Below, piece by piece: positions 1 through 10,453 of a DNA stretch of 64,000 bases (its first letter is position 1; each line of letters opens with the position of its first letter). The stretch is taken from assembly GCA_963575745.1 (NCBI GenBank), contig CAUYUJ010000270.1, positions 186,001 through 250,000 of the forward strand, read 5' to 3'. The notes under the pieces were generated by a model. That model made no database searches. It was not told where the DNA came from and saw nothing but the letters and a program-made list of their open reading frames with translations. The position numbers and the translations under genes were made by a program. Source of the DNA: Prorocentrum cordatum. Lineage: Eukaryota.

Positions 1-499
1 TTCCTGGGCGGGGTGGGCTATCGAGCCCCATGTCAGCGATGCGTGGGCGATTGGGGGTCGATGCATCCACCCCTGAGCTTGTCACCCCCTAACACTGCCC
101 CTGAGCCCCGAGCCCCCGCCCCCCCCCCCCCGTGGCGCGACGCAGACGGAGGTCATGCGCACAAGCTCGACGCTCGCGCCCTCGGCGGCAGCGGTACCGC
201 CGCCGCTGAGCGCACAGGGCGTGCGGCACCGCCCCCGCGGCAGGCGGCGTCGTAGTCGCCGCTGTCGGCGCCGCCGCCGCCGCTGCCAGCATCGTCATCG
301 TCGACGTCGTCGTCGCCGAAAGTCGAGGATACCTGGGCGCCCTGGTGCCCCTTCGAGCCTCCAGGAATCCTCTCGCCGACACGGCTGGATTTGCCTCAAA
401 ATCCAGATTAGAACGCACCGCAGAAGATGTCCAGGGGCTGCCGTTGTCGTCGCCGCCGCCGGCATCGGCGGTGGCGCTATAGCTGTCGTCGTCGTCGTC

Positions 500-670
500 A
501 TATCTCTCTCTCTCTCTCTCTTTCTCTGTCTCTCTCTCACTCTCTTTCTCGTTCCCGTTCTCTTTATGTTTACATGTATATAAATGTGCGTGTCTCTCTT
601 TCTCTCTCTCCTTCTCTCTCTCTCTCTCCCTCTGTGTGTCTCTCTCTCTCTCTCTCTTCCTCTCTCTCCC
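500..670 (+). repeat. (CT)n microsatellite
   Basis: Direct reading. Confidence 0.9.
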
Positions 671-2229
671 AGAGACATAGAAGAGCAGATAAGCCACAAT
701 ATTCAGGCTTGTTCGCACCCTCACATCTAGGCATTCACACGCAGGTCCACTCATACTCAGCCGCTCGTGTTTCAGACTCCCTCACATCCAAGCACACTTC
801 ACTTCTGAACGCGCCAGACATTGATGCACATGTGGACCTCAGACCACTGGACCGCGCGCCGGGTCGGGCGCCTCCTCCTGCGTCAGCTTCCCCGACGCGA
901 GGCGGCTCAGCGCGGCGAGGGTCTGCGGTCTCCTGGGGGGACGAGGGCACCGCCTAACCGTCCTGGGCTTCCCACGGATGAGGAATCAGGAGGAGCAGGG
1001 AAGAGGACGAGCAGGAGCAATCGAATCGAGACATCGCACAAAAAAAACACCGCGGCGGACAGTTGATCATCGGTTTCGGCATCCGAAGGCCGCTTCACGG
1101 CCCCAGGACCGTCAAAAACTATCCAGGATGAAGGGCTGGTCCCCGGGTGCGCGCCCACGTCACGGACACAAAATTGCGGGAAGGGCAGACAGAATGAGGC
1201 GCGTTGAGGCGGGGCGCCTGAAAACGTTCAGTCGGACGGCCCCACGGGGGACGGGGGGAGGGGTAGGTGACGGAGACTAAATCTCAAAGACCCGATCGCT
1301 AGTGCCGACGTTCGTGTTGCTTCCGCTCGGCCCGGCAGACGCCTCTCGTACACTTACCCCTGCCATCGTGCCCTTGCTCCTCCCGATCCGCATCATCGTC
1401 GTCATCAGGATCCTCTTCCCCCTCCCCATCCCGCAAGTTCCCCCAGTCGCGCTCACCAAATGCATATGTAGGTCGGGCCAAACGCTCCGTGCCATTGCAA
1501 CTTACGATCCTGCCTGCAAGTAAATGTTGCTCTCGGTTTTGCGCCGCGTGCGTTCGCATGGAGCGTCCAACCAGCCCTTTAGGCCGTAAGCGGTTGATCG
1601 TTATTCCAGCCCTTTTCTTCCTCGTCGGGGAAAGGGTTTCGGTTTCACCCCTCCCCCTTACCCCCCAGATCGAACATGGCCCATGGCGGTTCCAAAATGG
1701 CCCACATAGCGCAAGACGCCCAAGTAACATCGCACACATTGGCCCATCATGGCTCAATATACCATATCGTCTCCAACATGCCTCCAGGAGGCACCCAAAC
1801 TGCCCAAATATGTTTCGAAATTGACTGAAAACCTCCCAACGACGCCCCTGGCCGGCGACGCAGCTGCGGAAAAAACTCCGCGACGTGCGAAGCCAACCCG
1901 GTGCAGATAACTCCCTGTTTGCCGCGGGGTGTGTGGCGCTGGCCTGTCTCGGAGGCGGCAGCGCACAACTCGCGGCGGCGGGCTGTGCTTCGAAGTGGCA
2001 CTGCGATAACGCACCCGACTGTATCAAACACCAACCGGTCCAAGTTTCTCGGCGCGCCAGGGCGTGCATGACTCCGGGTTCGGCGCAGACGGGAATGCCG
2101 CAGGGCAACAGAAATCTAAACGTTTGGCGCAGGTTCTGCCAGGCCGTGCCCCCGTGCAGCGCTGAACCTTGAAGGTCGCCCACGGAATCTAAAATACCGA
2201 TTCCAGCACGCAAACGCAACAAACATGGA

Positions 2230-2556
2230 AACATCAGAAGGAACGCGATCCACCGTTGTCGGCATGAACAAGTTCTATAAAACGGGGGGTCGAAAACACG
2301 GCCCCCCCAACCCCCTCTGAAAGACATCTCTGGGGGGTGGGGTTCAGAAGGCAAGGGGACCACCTTCCCCCGAACCCTCCCCCACCAACCCATCCCCGTG
2401 GCAGACCCCGGAGTTCTGACCCCCCCCCCAGAAAATGATTCGGGGGGATCCACAAGGCCATCCCGCCACCCGCCCCCGACAATTATTCGGGGGGGTCCAA
2501 AAGGCCCCCCCCCCCGGAGAATTATCCGAGGGGTCCAACACCCCGCTACGAGGGCA

Positions 2557-2602
<46 letters not shown>

Positions 2603-2622
2603 CAACGCTGGCAAACGACGAC

Positions 2623-2661
<39 letters not shown>

Positions 2662-5508
2662 AACGAAGACGACGAACGACGAAAGACACCCACGACGACG
2701 ACGACGATGACGACGACGAGCGACACGACGACGACGAACACGACGACGACAACGACGACGCGTACGACGCCCACGACCACGCCGAGGACGGCGACAACGT
2801 CGTCAGCGGCGGCGCCGGCGCACCTGTCGCCAGCGCCCGCGCTTGGCGCCGGGCTTGATAGAATGCTATCAGGGTTCGATCTAACTGTAGAACAACCGTA
2901 TCAAACTTTGCCCCACCTCGAATAGGTATATAATTGGTGCCATCTAGCTCGAATCGAACTCTTGTACGGCTGGATCCAGCTCTAAAAGGACCCTAGCAAG
3001 GCTCGATCCAGCTTTGAAGGAATCCGACTAAGGCCCGATCCAGTTCGAAAGCCATCCTGATACTAGGGCTGGACCCAACTCGAATAAAACATGAAGGCTG
3101 TTTTTTTCAGCCGAAGCGTACAACAACTTCATCGATCTTAAACCGAATCCAATTCACATTGGATCCAACTCCACTTGATCCAACTCACAGAGAGAAGACG
3201 TTCCGTGGACGCTTACTTGGAACAATTCCATTGACGCATCGGAACCACCCATTGCGTCCCAAACAAAAGCCAGAACGCGACTGGATAACGCCCCACACAC
3301 ACACACGCACGCACGCACGCACACACATACACACACACACGCACACACACAAACACGCCAACCTATCTGAGAGGGGGCGTTCGAACAAGAGGGGGCGCGG
3401 GCCATGACCAGGAGGGCCCCTGAATTTCAGAGGGGGGGGGTCGAACCAGCCCCGCGCCCCATCTGGACTGCAGGGGCGACAACGACGAAGACGACGGCAA
3501 CGACGAACAACAGACAGCAACACGCAACATCAGCATTACAAAACGCAGAAAGAGCCAACAAGCGCAGATTCCAAATAGACCAGAAGGCTGACGCGACGTG
3601 GACTGGAGTGGATTGAAATAGACTGGACAAAGGTAGATTTGACTGGACTGGGGTGAAAAAAAGGCAATGAAAACCAAGCTCGCCCGTCACCGGGTTGCGC
3701 TCGCAACCGAAGCTGTGGGTGCGCGCCGAAACCTGCGCCGCGACACGTGGCGCGGGCGCCGCGCCAAGACGGCGCGGGCGCTTCGGGTGGCCTCGGCGCC
3801 CGTCGCAACGCAACCCAACAACGGGCGAAAACGTGGCGAGCTCGGGCGGGTCAAATCCCGACCGCGGGGGGCACACCCCACGTCTTGGACGCAAATCCGT
3901 GATCCTCCGTAGCGATGCGGCGGGCACGGGCGCCACGCGGAAGGGCGCGGACCTGCCCGCATCGCCTGCGGCGCGCCCCGACGCGCGCGGGCAGTGCGGC
4001 GACACGCCGCTGTTCGCGCGTGCGTCCGTCGCGCATCGGCGCCGAGGAAAATCGACTTGCCCTGGCCAGGAACGAGAGAATGTGCATGGGGAGAACGGGC
4101 AGGAGGATAAAATGAAGAGGATGGCGAGGAGGAGGAGAAGGAGGAGGAAGACGAGGAGGAGGAGGAGGAACGGGAGGAGGAGAGGACAAGACGGAGGAGG
4201 AAACAGAGGGCGAAGAGGACGAGGAGGAGGAGGCGCATCAGAGAGCGGGAGAACGCCTCCGCCAAGGCGACGAGGAGGACAGGAGGAACAAGTTACATAA
4301 ACTCGCATGTGGGGTCTCACCATCGGGATATTTTGTGCGTTTTGTAATGTTTATGTTGTGTGCTGACCGACAAAAGTCCGTCGTCGTCGTCATCGTCGTC
4401 GTCTTTGTCGCCATTGCAGTGTTTCGGGGGGCAGGGGCGGGGGGGGCCGTTTCGATCCCCCCCTTGACAGAGGGCCCCCCCCCCTGTTCGAACCGCCACT
4501 CAAGCGGGGGGGTACCCTCCCCCGGTTCGAACGCCCGTCCCCACCGATTCACCCCACCTTCACCTAACCGTTCGACCCCCCCCAGCGGCCAAGGAACGCG
4601 CCTTTCCAGGAATGATCAGACCGAGGCTCAACCCAGCTCAACAGCAATGCTTATAGAGTTGGACTCAGTTCCAGCACAGTCACTAGATGGCTCGATCCCG
4701 CTGCACTTGAAACATACGGGCCGGTCGTTACAGCGATGAATTCAAGACTACTAGAAACTCACTGGGAGCCGATCAAGCTCATATAGAAACCCACTGAAGC
4801 TGGCACTGGCACTACTAAGATTAACGAATGCTGGATCAAGCTCTGTCTCGAATCCGAGTAGGGCTCGACCCAGCTCTAACCTAACCGAATCCTGCCAGGG
4901 CTTCAGCCATCTTGAATAACATCCTTCCAGGGGGGAAGGAGCTCGCTCAAAACCCTCTTCGGACTCGACCTAGCTATGATGGAAGCCAAATAGGGTTCGA
5001 TCCAGAATCTTACTTGGGCTGGATCCAGCACGAGTGGAACCCTAGCGAGGCTCGGTTCAGCTCTAATACAAACCAACAGGGATGGCTCAAACTACTCTAA
5101 GAGAATTCCAGGGCTTGATCTAGGTCTCCTCGAATTCGACCCACAGCGGATTGGATCCAGATCGACTAGCATTCATCCAAGGTTCGACCCATCAAGCAAA
5201 TAATGCTACCCGGGCTGGGCAAAGTTTCGACAGAATCCGATCAGGGCCCCATCCAGCTTTCAAAGAACCTGCTGGAATCGCATCCCACTAGGGCTCAATC
5301 GTTTTCGGCGCGTCGTAGGCGTTCTCGTCGTCGTCATCGCCTTCGTCGTCCTCGTCGTCGCCGTAGTTGTCGTCGTCGTGGTCGTTGGCGTCGTTGTCGT
5401 CGTCGCCGTTGTCGTTGTCGTCGTCGGCGGCGTCGACATTGTCGTCGGCAACGTCGTGGTTGTCGCGCGTCGTCGGCGTTGTTAGCGTCGTCGGCGTCCT
5501 CGTCCCCG

Positions 5509-5553
<45 letters not shown>

Positions 5554-5980
5554 ACGTCCTCGTCGTCATCGTCGTCGTCGGCGGCGTCTTTGTCGTCGTG
5601 TCTGTCGTTGTCGTTGGCATCGGCGTCGGCGTCGGCATCGTCGTCGTGGTCGTTGTGCATCGTCGTCGTCGTCGCCGTTGTCGCTGTTTTCGTCGTCGTC
5701 GTTTGCTGGCGTCGTTTTCGTCGTCATTGTCGTCGTCATTGTCGTCGTCGATGTCGTCGTCGTCGTTGCCGGGAGGGGGGGGGGCTAGGGGGGAGGGTTC
5801 TGCAGGACCCCTCGAAGAATTGTCCCAGGGGGATGAGGGGGTCTGGACCCGTCGGAACAACTTTCGGGGGAGGGGGGGGGTCCGAACCCTTCCCCCCCCC
5901 GTCTGGTTTGAGGGGGGGTGAACCCACTACATACACAATGGCAGCAGCGGCAGAAGACGCTTTTTGAAACATCAGTCACG
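2230..5980. repeat. Nested imperfect inverted repeats (foldback-like) enclosing degenerate GGCTGGATCCAGCTC arrays
   Basis: Outer arms ~2230-2830 and ~5290-5980, (GAC)n versus (GTC)n plus GGGTCC..AATT motifs. Inner arms ~3370-3550 and ~4330-4590. Arrays at ~2850-3260 and ~4620-5300. Confidence 0.7.
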
Positions 5981-7738
5981 TTGGTATCGTTAATGCCAGG
6001 CGCAGGTCTGAGGCTGAATGGTAAATACTTGAATTTCCCGAGCTGACGTCTGCCGGGATAATATCACTGACACGATGCGACGTGGGTTCGGAAAAAATGA
6101 AGGTAACAAGCAACCGTGTTGATCGAGAACCAAAAGCCAAGAGCCCGAGAACATGCGAGCCACGGCGTGGCCTAGCGCGCCGTGCGCGACGTCGGCGTTC
6201 GGCATGCACTCGTTGACCCTCCAAAACGCCGCAGATCTGCGGTCAAACGCACCTGAAAACGCTACATCTCCTTGGCTCTAGCCTCTGCCCTTGGACTAGG
6301 CGTCAGGATTGAGCTACTCGGGCTGACGTCGAAGAGTGTGGGCGGGAAAGTGAAGCATGCGACAGAAACAGACCCGTCCCGGCCGCAGCAAGGAGGTCCC
6401 ATGTACGCACAGCCCACGCAAGCTGGGGCGTGACGCAAGGGTGATGCAGCACCTGCTTCGGGAACACAGGCGACGCCTCCAAAGTAAGCCCGCGCCGCCA
6501 AAAATGCAGCAGGTGGGGTCCGCGCCGCTCGCGGGGAGAAATTCGAAGCGGAACTGGAGGCATGGGACGCTGTCCCATTCTTGTCGCATTGGAATTTCGA
6601 TATCGGTCTTCTGTTGGGAAATTGTCCATCGTCGGAAACCGTCTGCTTGAGCCACAGCTGTGGGAACAATATGTGGTAGAGAAACTTGGGAGGACATGGG
6701 GAGTGAGGGCCACGGGCTGTTTTCTTCATGATGCGGAGGCTGGGAAGCAAGGTGAGATCAGAGCACGGTTGTCTTCACCATCTTCAGCAGCTTTCCATAC
6801 GATCATGCTGTTGCAGTGACAACGTTCCGCCAACGGGAGACATACGTCACCGGAGTGTCTTCTTAGAGCGGACTGCTTCTTCAGGAGAGGTCGTGGACAA
6901 CTTTCTCTACAAGGAGGTGGCGCCAAAGCCGCTGCCGTCCCCTTGAGGAAGGAGGGGGCAAACTGGAAGATGAGGATGATGAAGGGACGATTCGCCGTCG
7001 CAGCAGCCGCAATCGAGAGGCCGCCGCCGCCATCAGCCCTCGCCACCTATAGCTTTCTGAAGCCAGTGATTTGTCAAGATGGGTGGGCGAAGAAGGCGGG
7101 CAGAGGCAGTGAGAGAATGTGCGAGGGGAATGGGCGGTGATCAGTGTGCGTGCGGGGCGGATGGCACGGGCAAGGTGACTGCGAAAAGGGGACAATGGCG
7201 TAAGCTCTGAGCGCACGGCTTGGGAGGTGCAATCAGGGCCGCTGGCTAGGAAGGCAGCTGCAGACCAGGTGCGCCGACGAATGCTTAGCAGCAGCGTTCG
7301 AAACTGTTCGGAACAGGACCGCTATCCAGAATGAGCATGGACCAAGTGAGTTGACAAGTGGCCCAGCAACAATGAATAAAAGAGGCAAGATCGCTGACAA
7401 GATAAACAGCCGTCGACCAAGCGCGTCGACAGGAAGCCGGCGGCAGCGCGGGGACGGCTAGCCCCCCCCCCCCCCCAATTCTTGGGGCAGGGCGCTTGCG
7501 AGCGAGCAGAATCAGCAAGACGTGTGAGGAACGAGCGAACGAGACGAGCCGACCCCAGCGACCCTGCAGAAGCTCCTTTCGCGAGTGCGAATCCCACCAG
7601 CCCTCTGGGTACTTGTCCCACCTCCTGCCTTTCCCTGCTCGGGGTGTGACTGATCTCGTGACCGGCCGGCGTTCGCGTGCTCCCGAGCGGTCGCTGCGCT
7701 CGGCCGACTGCGACGCGTGGAGATCCACGGTGAACGCC

Positions 7739-10321
7739 ATGACGGGCGTCGAGGAAGAAGCTACAGAGAAGCGGGCCAACCTACACGCGAGTGCGGGGAC
7801 GGACGAGGACGCAGTGACTAGGGGGGAGCTCAGAGGACTCATCGGGGACATTGTCAGGGCGACGATGCAGAAGCAGTCCAGGAGCTCGAGTGCTGCGGCA
7901 GCGTCCAGCTCCGCAGCCGCTGGCAAGCCAGACGAGAAGGGCGAGGATCCGTGGCAGAGCTCGGATCCGTGGACAGCCAGCGGCGGAGAGAGTTGGCAGA
8001 GTCGGTGGTGGCAGGCCGACTCGAAGACCAGCTGGGAGGATCGGCAGCCCGATCCGAAGGACGGCTGGCAGAAGGACTCAGGCTGGTCTCACGACGCCGC
8101 CTGGACCCGCGGGACCGGGTCCCGACCCGAGCTGGCCAGCTGGTCCGGCAGCTGGGCAGGAGGAGGCGGCGCCTGGTCCAAGGGAGACTACTCAGACCCA
8201 CCTGCATGGCCAGGATGGGCACACTTCAGAGCATGGAAGAAGTCGCTCAGACGCTGGAATGCAAACACCGACGTGCCAGTCTGGCGTCGCTCCGAGAAGT
8301 TCCTTCGCCTGTTCGACTGGGCTTTCCAGGCGAAGTTCGAGGACATTCAGGAGCATCGTCTGACCGACGACGGCTGGATCGACATCGTGCTCGGCCGCAT
8401 GGACACCATGGCGGGCGAGCGCGAGGGAGATGACCTTCGCCGTGCAGGTCGACGAGCCTTCTTCGAGGCCAACCGCGAGGCGAAGGAGTCGCTGATCCAG
8501 TTCGTCATCCGGCGCGACGCCCAACTGCAAGAAGCTGAAGGACATGATCTATGGATGTCGCCCAAGCTGAAGGGCCTGCTCTTGGAGGAAGGCGCGTGCC
8601 TGTCCGCCCAGGGGCTCCAGAACTTGAGGACGCTCACCCTCGGGAAGCTGGACTACGAGAACGTCTCGTGGGCGCTCAAGCAGATGGACTCCGGCGGCAC
8701 GGAGCGTCTGCTCCCAGGGCGCGGCGCTGGAGCGATGCTGGCTGACGCGACGACTTCTGAGGGTTTAGGGGCTAGCGAGGCGTTGCCTGGTTTTCAGTCC
8801 CCCCTCCTCTCTCCTCCTCCCCCGTGGTCGCAGGGTCGGTCAGAGGGTACTGGCGACTTCCCGGCAGAGGACGAGGAGACTTTCTACGACGAAGACGACG
8901 AGGAGGAGGCCTCGGACGAGGAGGACATCGAGGCTCTGCTGGCCGAGCTCGACGATCTCGACGTGTCCGAGGATCAGGTGGATGAGGTGCTGGCGACGCT
9001 CGAGGCCAAGAACACCAGGACCTGGAAGCAGAACAAGGAGCTGAAACGTGCTGCTCGTCAGGACCGGGAGTATTTTCGGCCCGACTCCCGGGCGCCTCGA
9101 CCTCCTCGGGCACATCCGGCAGGCCGTCCAGGACGCGGCGGAGGCCGCGGGGATGGCGCCGGCGGTCGAGGCGGACGCGGCCGTGGCGGTCGTGGGTTCG
9201 ATCGACGACGACTCACGAGGGAGCAGCTGATCAAGGTGACACGCTGCGGCATCTGCAAGCAGAAGGGCCACTGGCATCGGGAGTGCCCAGAGAAGGACGG
9301 ACCCAAGGATCGCCGAGCTGTGAAGGATCACGGCCGAGGAGCATCCGCGTACATGTTCTCAGGCATCGTCGGCGAGGTCGGCGGCTCCGAGTTCGTGGCG
9401 ACGGTGGAGGCGGGCGCGGGCAGCCTTCCAGCTTGGGAGCAGGCACAGCTGGAGATCGAGTCGAGCGCGGTTCTCCTCACCACGTCCGCCACCCAGGGGC
9501 TCGTCGACCCAGGTGCCGGCAGCGACCTCGTGGGAGTCGGAGCGCTCAACCGAGAGTCTCGAGCCCTGGCAGAGATCGGGTTGAGGTACGTCGAGATACC
9601 CCAGGCCGACCGCCCGCTCAAGGCGGCCCACGGCGTCGGTGGAGCCGCGCGCGTGATCAATGTCATTCTCTTTCCGCTGTGCCTAGGCCAGACTTTTGGC
9701 ATCATAGAGACCACGGTGCTGGCGGACAATGTTCCGCACATCCTCAGCGTGAATCTTTTGGAGTTTCTCGAGGCCGTCATTGATCTGCCCAGGAACAGCA
9801 TGCAACTTGGGCGCCTAGGTCAGAAGGTGCCCCTCTGCCGTCTCAATTCAGGTCATCGTCTCGTGGAGATCGTGGGGCCTCTCGACCAGGAGGCAGTAGC
9901 ACCAGCAGCTGCGATCAAGAGGTACCCCTTTTTGCGTGCTGACTCGTTTCAGACTGCTGCAGGACAGTTCCCAGAGATGTCGGACGTTGGCGTGGTGACC
10001 GGCTACATTTCTCTCATCATCACCGTCGTCTTGCTGCTCATGCTGCTGCTGCGGGTCACGAAGGGGAGCTCAAGGGCCAGGACCAGGACTCAGAGGACGT
10101 CTAGGCCCAGGACTCAGAGCATCAGTTCGGTCGTCCACTCCAGGAATCGGGTCGACATCCAATCCGAGCACCAGGACGACCAATCGAGGGAGCTCCTCCA
10201 GTCATGGGCTCAGCTGAGCCCGAGCCAGGTTTTAGGATCCGTAGACAAGCTAAGGTGCAGAGGCCGAGGAGGTCTTCGAGAGGAAGGGTTCCCGAGAGCC
10301 CAAGAAGATGGACTGAACTGA
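7739..10321 (+). CDS. gag: Gag-protease polyprotein, running in frame into a small transmembrane ORF
   Basis: Within the 941-aa ORF 7496-10321; first ATG at 7739. Trp-rich N-terminus, gag-like PPAWPGW segment, RGG stretch, CCHC knuckle CGICKQKGHWHREC (9245-9286), aspartic protease LVDPGA (~9500-9517) followed by VPHILSVNLL. Confidence 0.88.
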   Translation: MTGVEEEATEKRANLHASAGTDEDAVTRGELRGLIGDIVRATMQKQSRSSSAAAASSSAAAGKPDEKGEDPWQSSDPWTASGGESWQSRWWQADSKTSWEDRQPDPKDGWQKDSGWSHDAAWTRGTGSRPELASWSGSWAGGGGAWSKGDYSDPPAWPGWAHFRAWKKSLRRWNANTDVPVWRRSEKFLRLFDWAFQAKFEDIQEHRLTDDGWIDIVLGRMDTMAGEREGDDLRRAGRRAFFEANREAKESLIQFVIRRDAQLQEAEGHDLWMSPKLKGLLLEEGACLSAQGLQNLRTLTLGKLDYENVSWALKQMDSGGTERLLPGRGAGAMLADATTSEGLGASEALPGFQSPLLSPPPPWSQGRSEGTGDFPAEDEETFYDEDDEEEASDEEDIEALLAELDDLDVSEDQVDEVLATLEAKNTRTWKQNKELKRAARQDREYFRPDSRAPRPPRAHPAGRPGRGGGRGDGAGGRGGRGRGGRGFDRRRLTREQLIKVTRCGICKQKGHWHRECPEKDGPKDRRAVKDHGRGASAYMFSGIVGEVGGSEFVATVEAGAGSLPAWEQAQLEIESSAVLLTTSATQGLVDPGAGSDLVGVGALNRESRALAEIGLRYVEIPQADRPLKAAHGVGGAARVINVILFPLCLGQTFGIIETTVLADNVPHILSVNLLEFLEAVIDLPRNSMQLGRLGQKVPLCRLNSGHRLVEIVGPLDQEAVAPAAAIKRYPFLRADSFQTAAGQFPEMSDVGVVTGYISLIITVVLLLMLLLRVTKGSSRARTRTQRTSRPRTQSISSVVHSRNRVDIQSEHQDDQSRELLQSWAQLSPSQVLGSVDKLRCRGRGGLREEGFPRAQEDGLN
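9977..10321 (+). CDS. Putative small single-pass membrane protein (accessory ORF A, 114 aa)
   Basis: MSDVGVVTGYISLIITVVLLLMLLLRVTK: ATG, ~20-residue hydrophobic stretch, then a basic tail. Preceded by a pyrimidine-rich tract ending in TTTCAG. Same frame as gag and overlapping the pol frame. Confidence 0.4.
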   Translation: MSDVGVVTGYISLIITVVLLLMLLLRVTKGSSRARTRTQRTSRPRTQSISSVVHSRNRVDIQSEHQDDQSRELLQSWAQLSPSQVLGSVDKLRCRGRGGLREEGFPRAQEDGLN

Positions 10322-10356
10322 CCGTTTCCATGATAATAGTGGCGGCAGTTGTCTTT

Positions 10357-10379
10357 TCCGTAGCCCACCTCGGCTCAAG
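10357..10379 (+). promoter_or_regulatory. Dinoflagellate spliced-leader-like sequence inside the retroelement
   Basis: TCCGTAGCCcacctcGGCTCAAG versus DinoSL DCCGTAGCCattttGGCTCAAG: first 9 and last 8 nt identical. Confidence 0.75.
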
Positions 10380-10453
10380 TCTAGCCTTTCTGGTGTTAGC
10401 TTTCTCAGTTCACGAATTTCTTGTGGTCCAGCAACAGCGCCTGGCCAGACTCG

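Noticed and set aside
1299..5979. Long poly-Val/Ser/Thr/Asp/Arg ORFs
   Set aside because: Produced by (GAC)n/(GTC)n repeats and stop-poor GC-rich sequence; no domain recognised.
7575..7600. tRNA or primer-binding site (CGAATCCCACCA)
   Set aside because: No cloverleaf could be built and the orientation is wrong for a PBS. Better explained as the Helentron-like subTIR with a hairpin.
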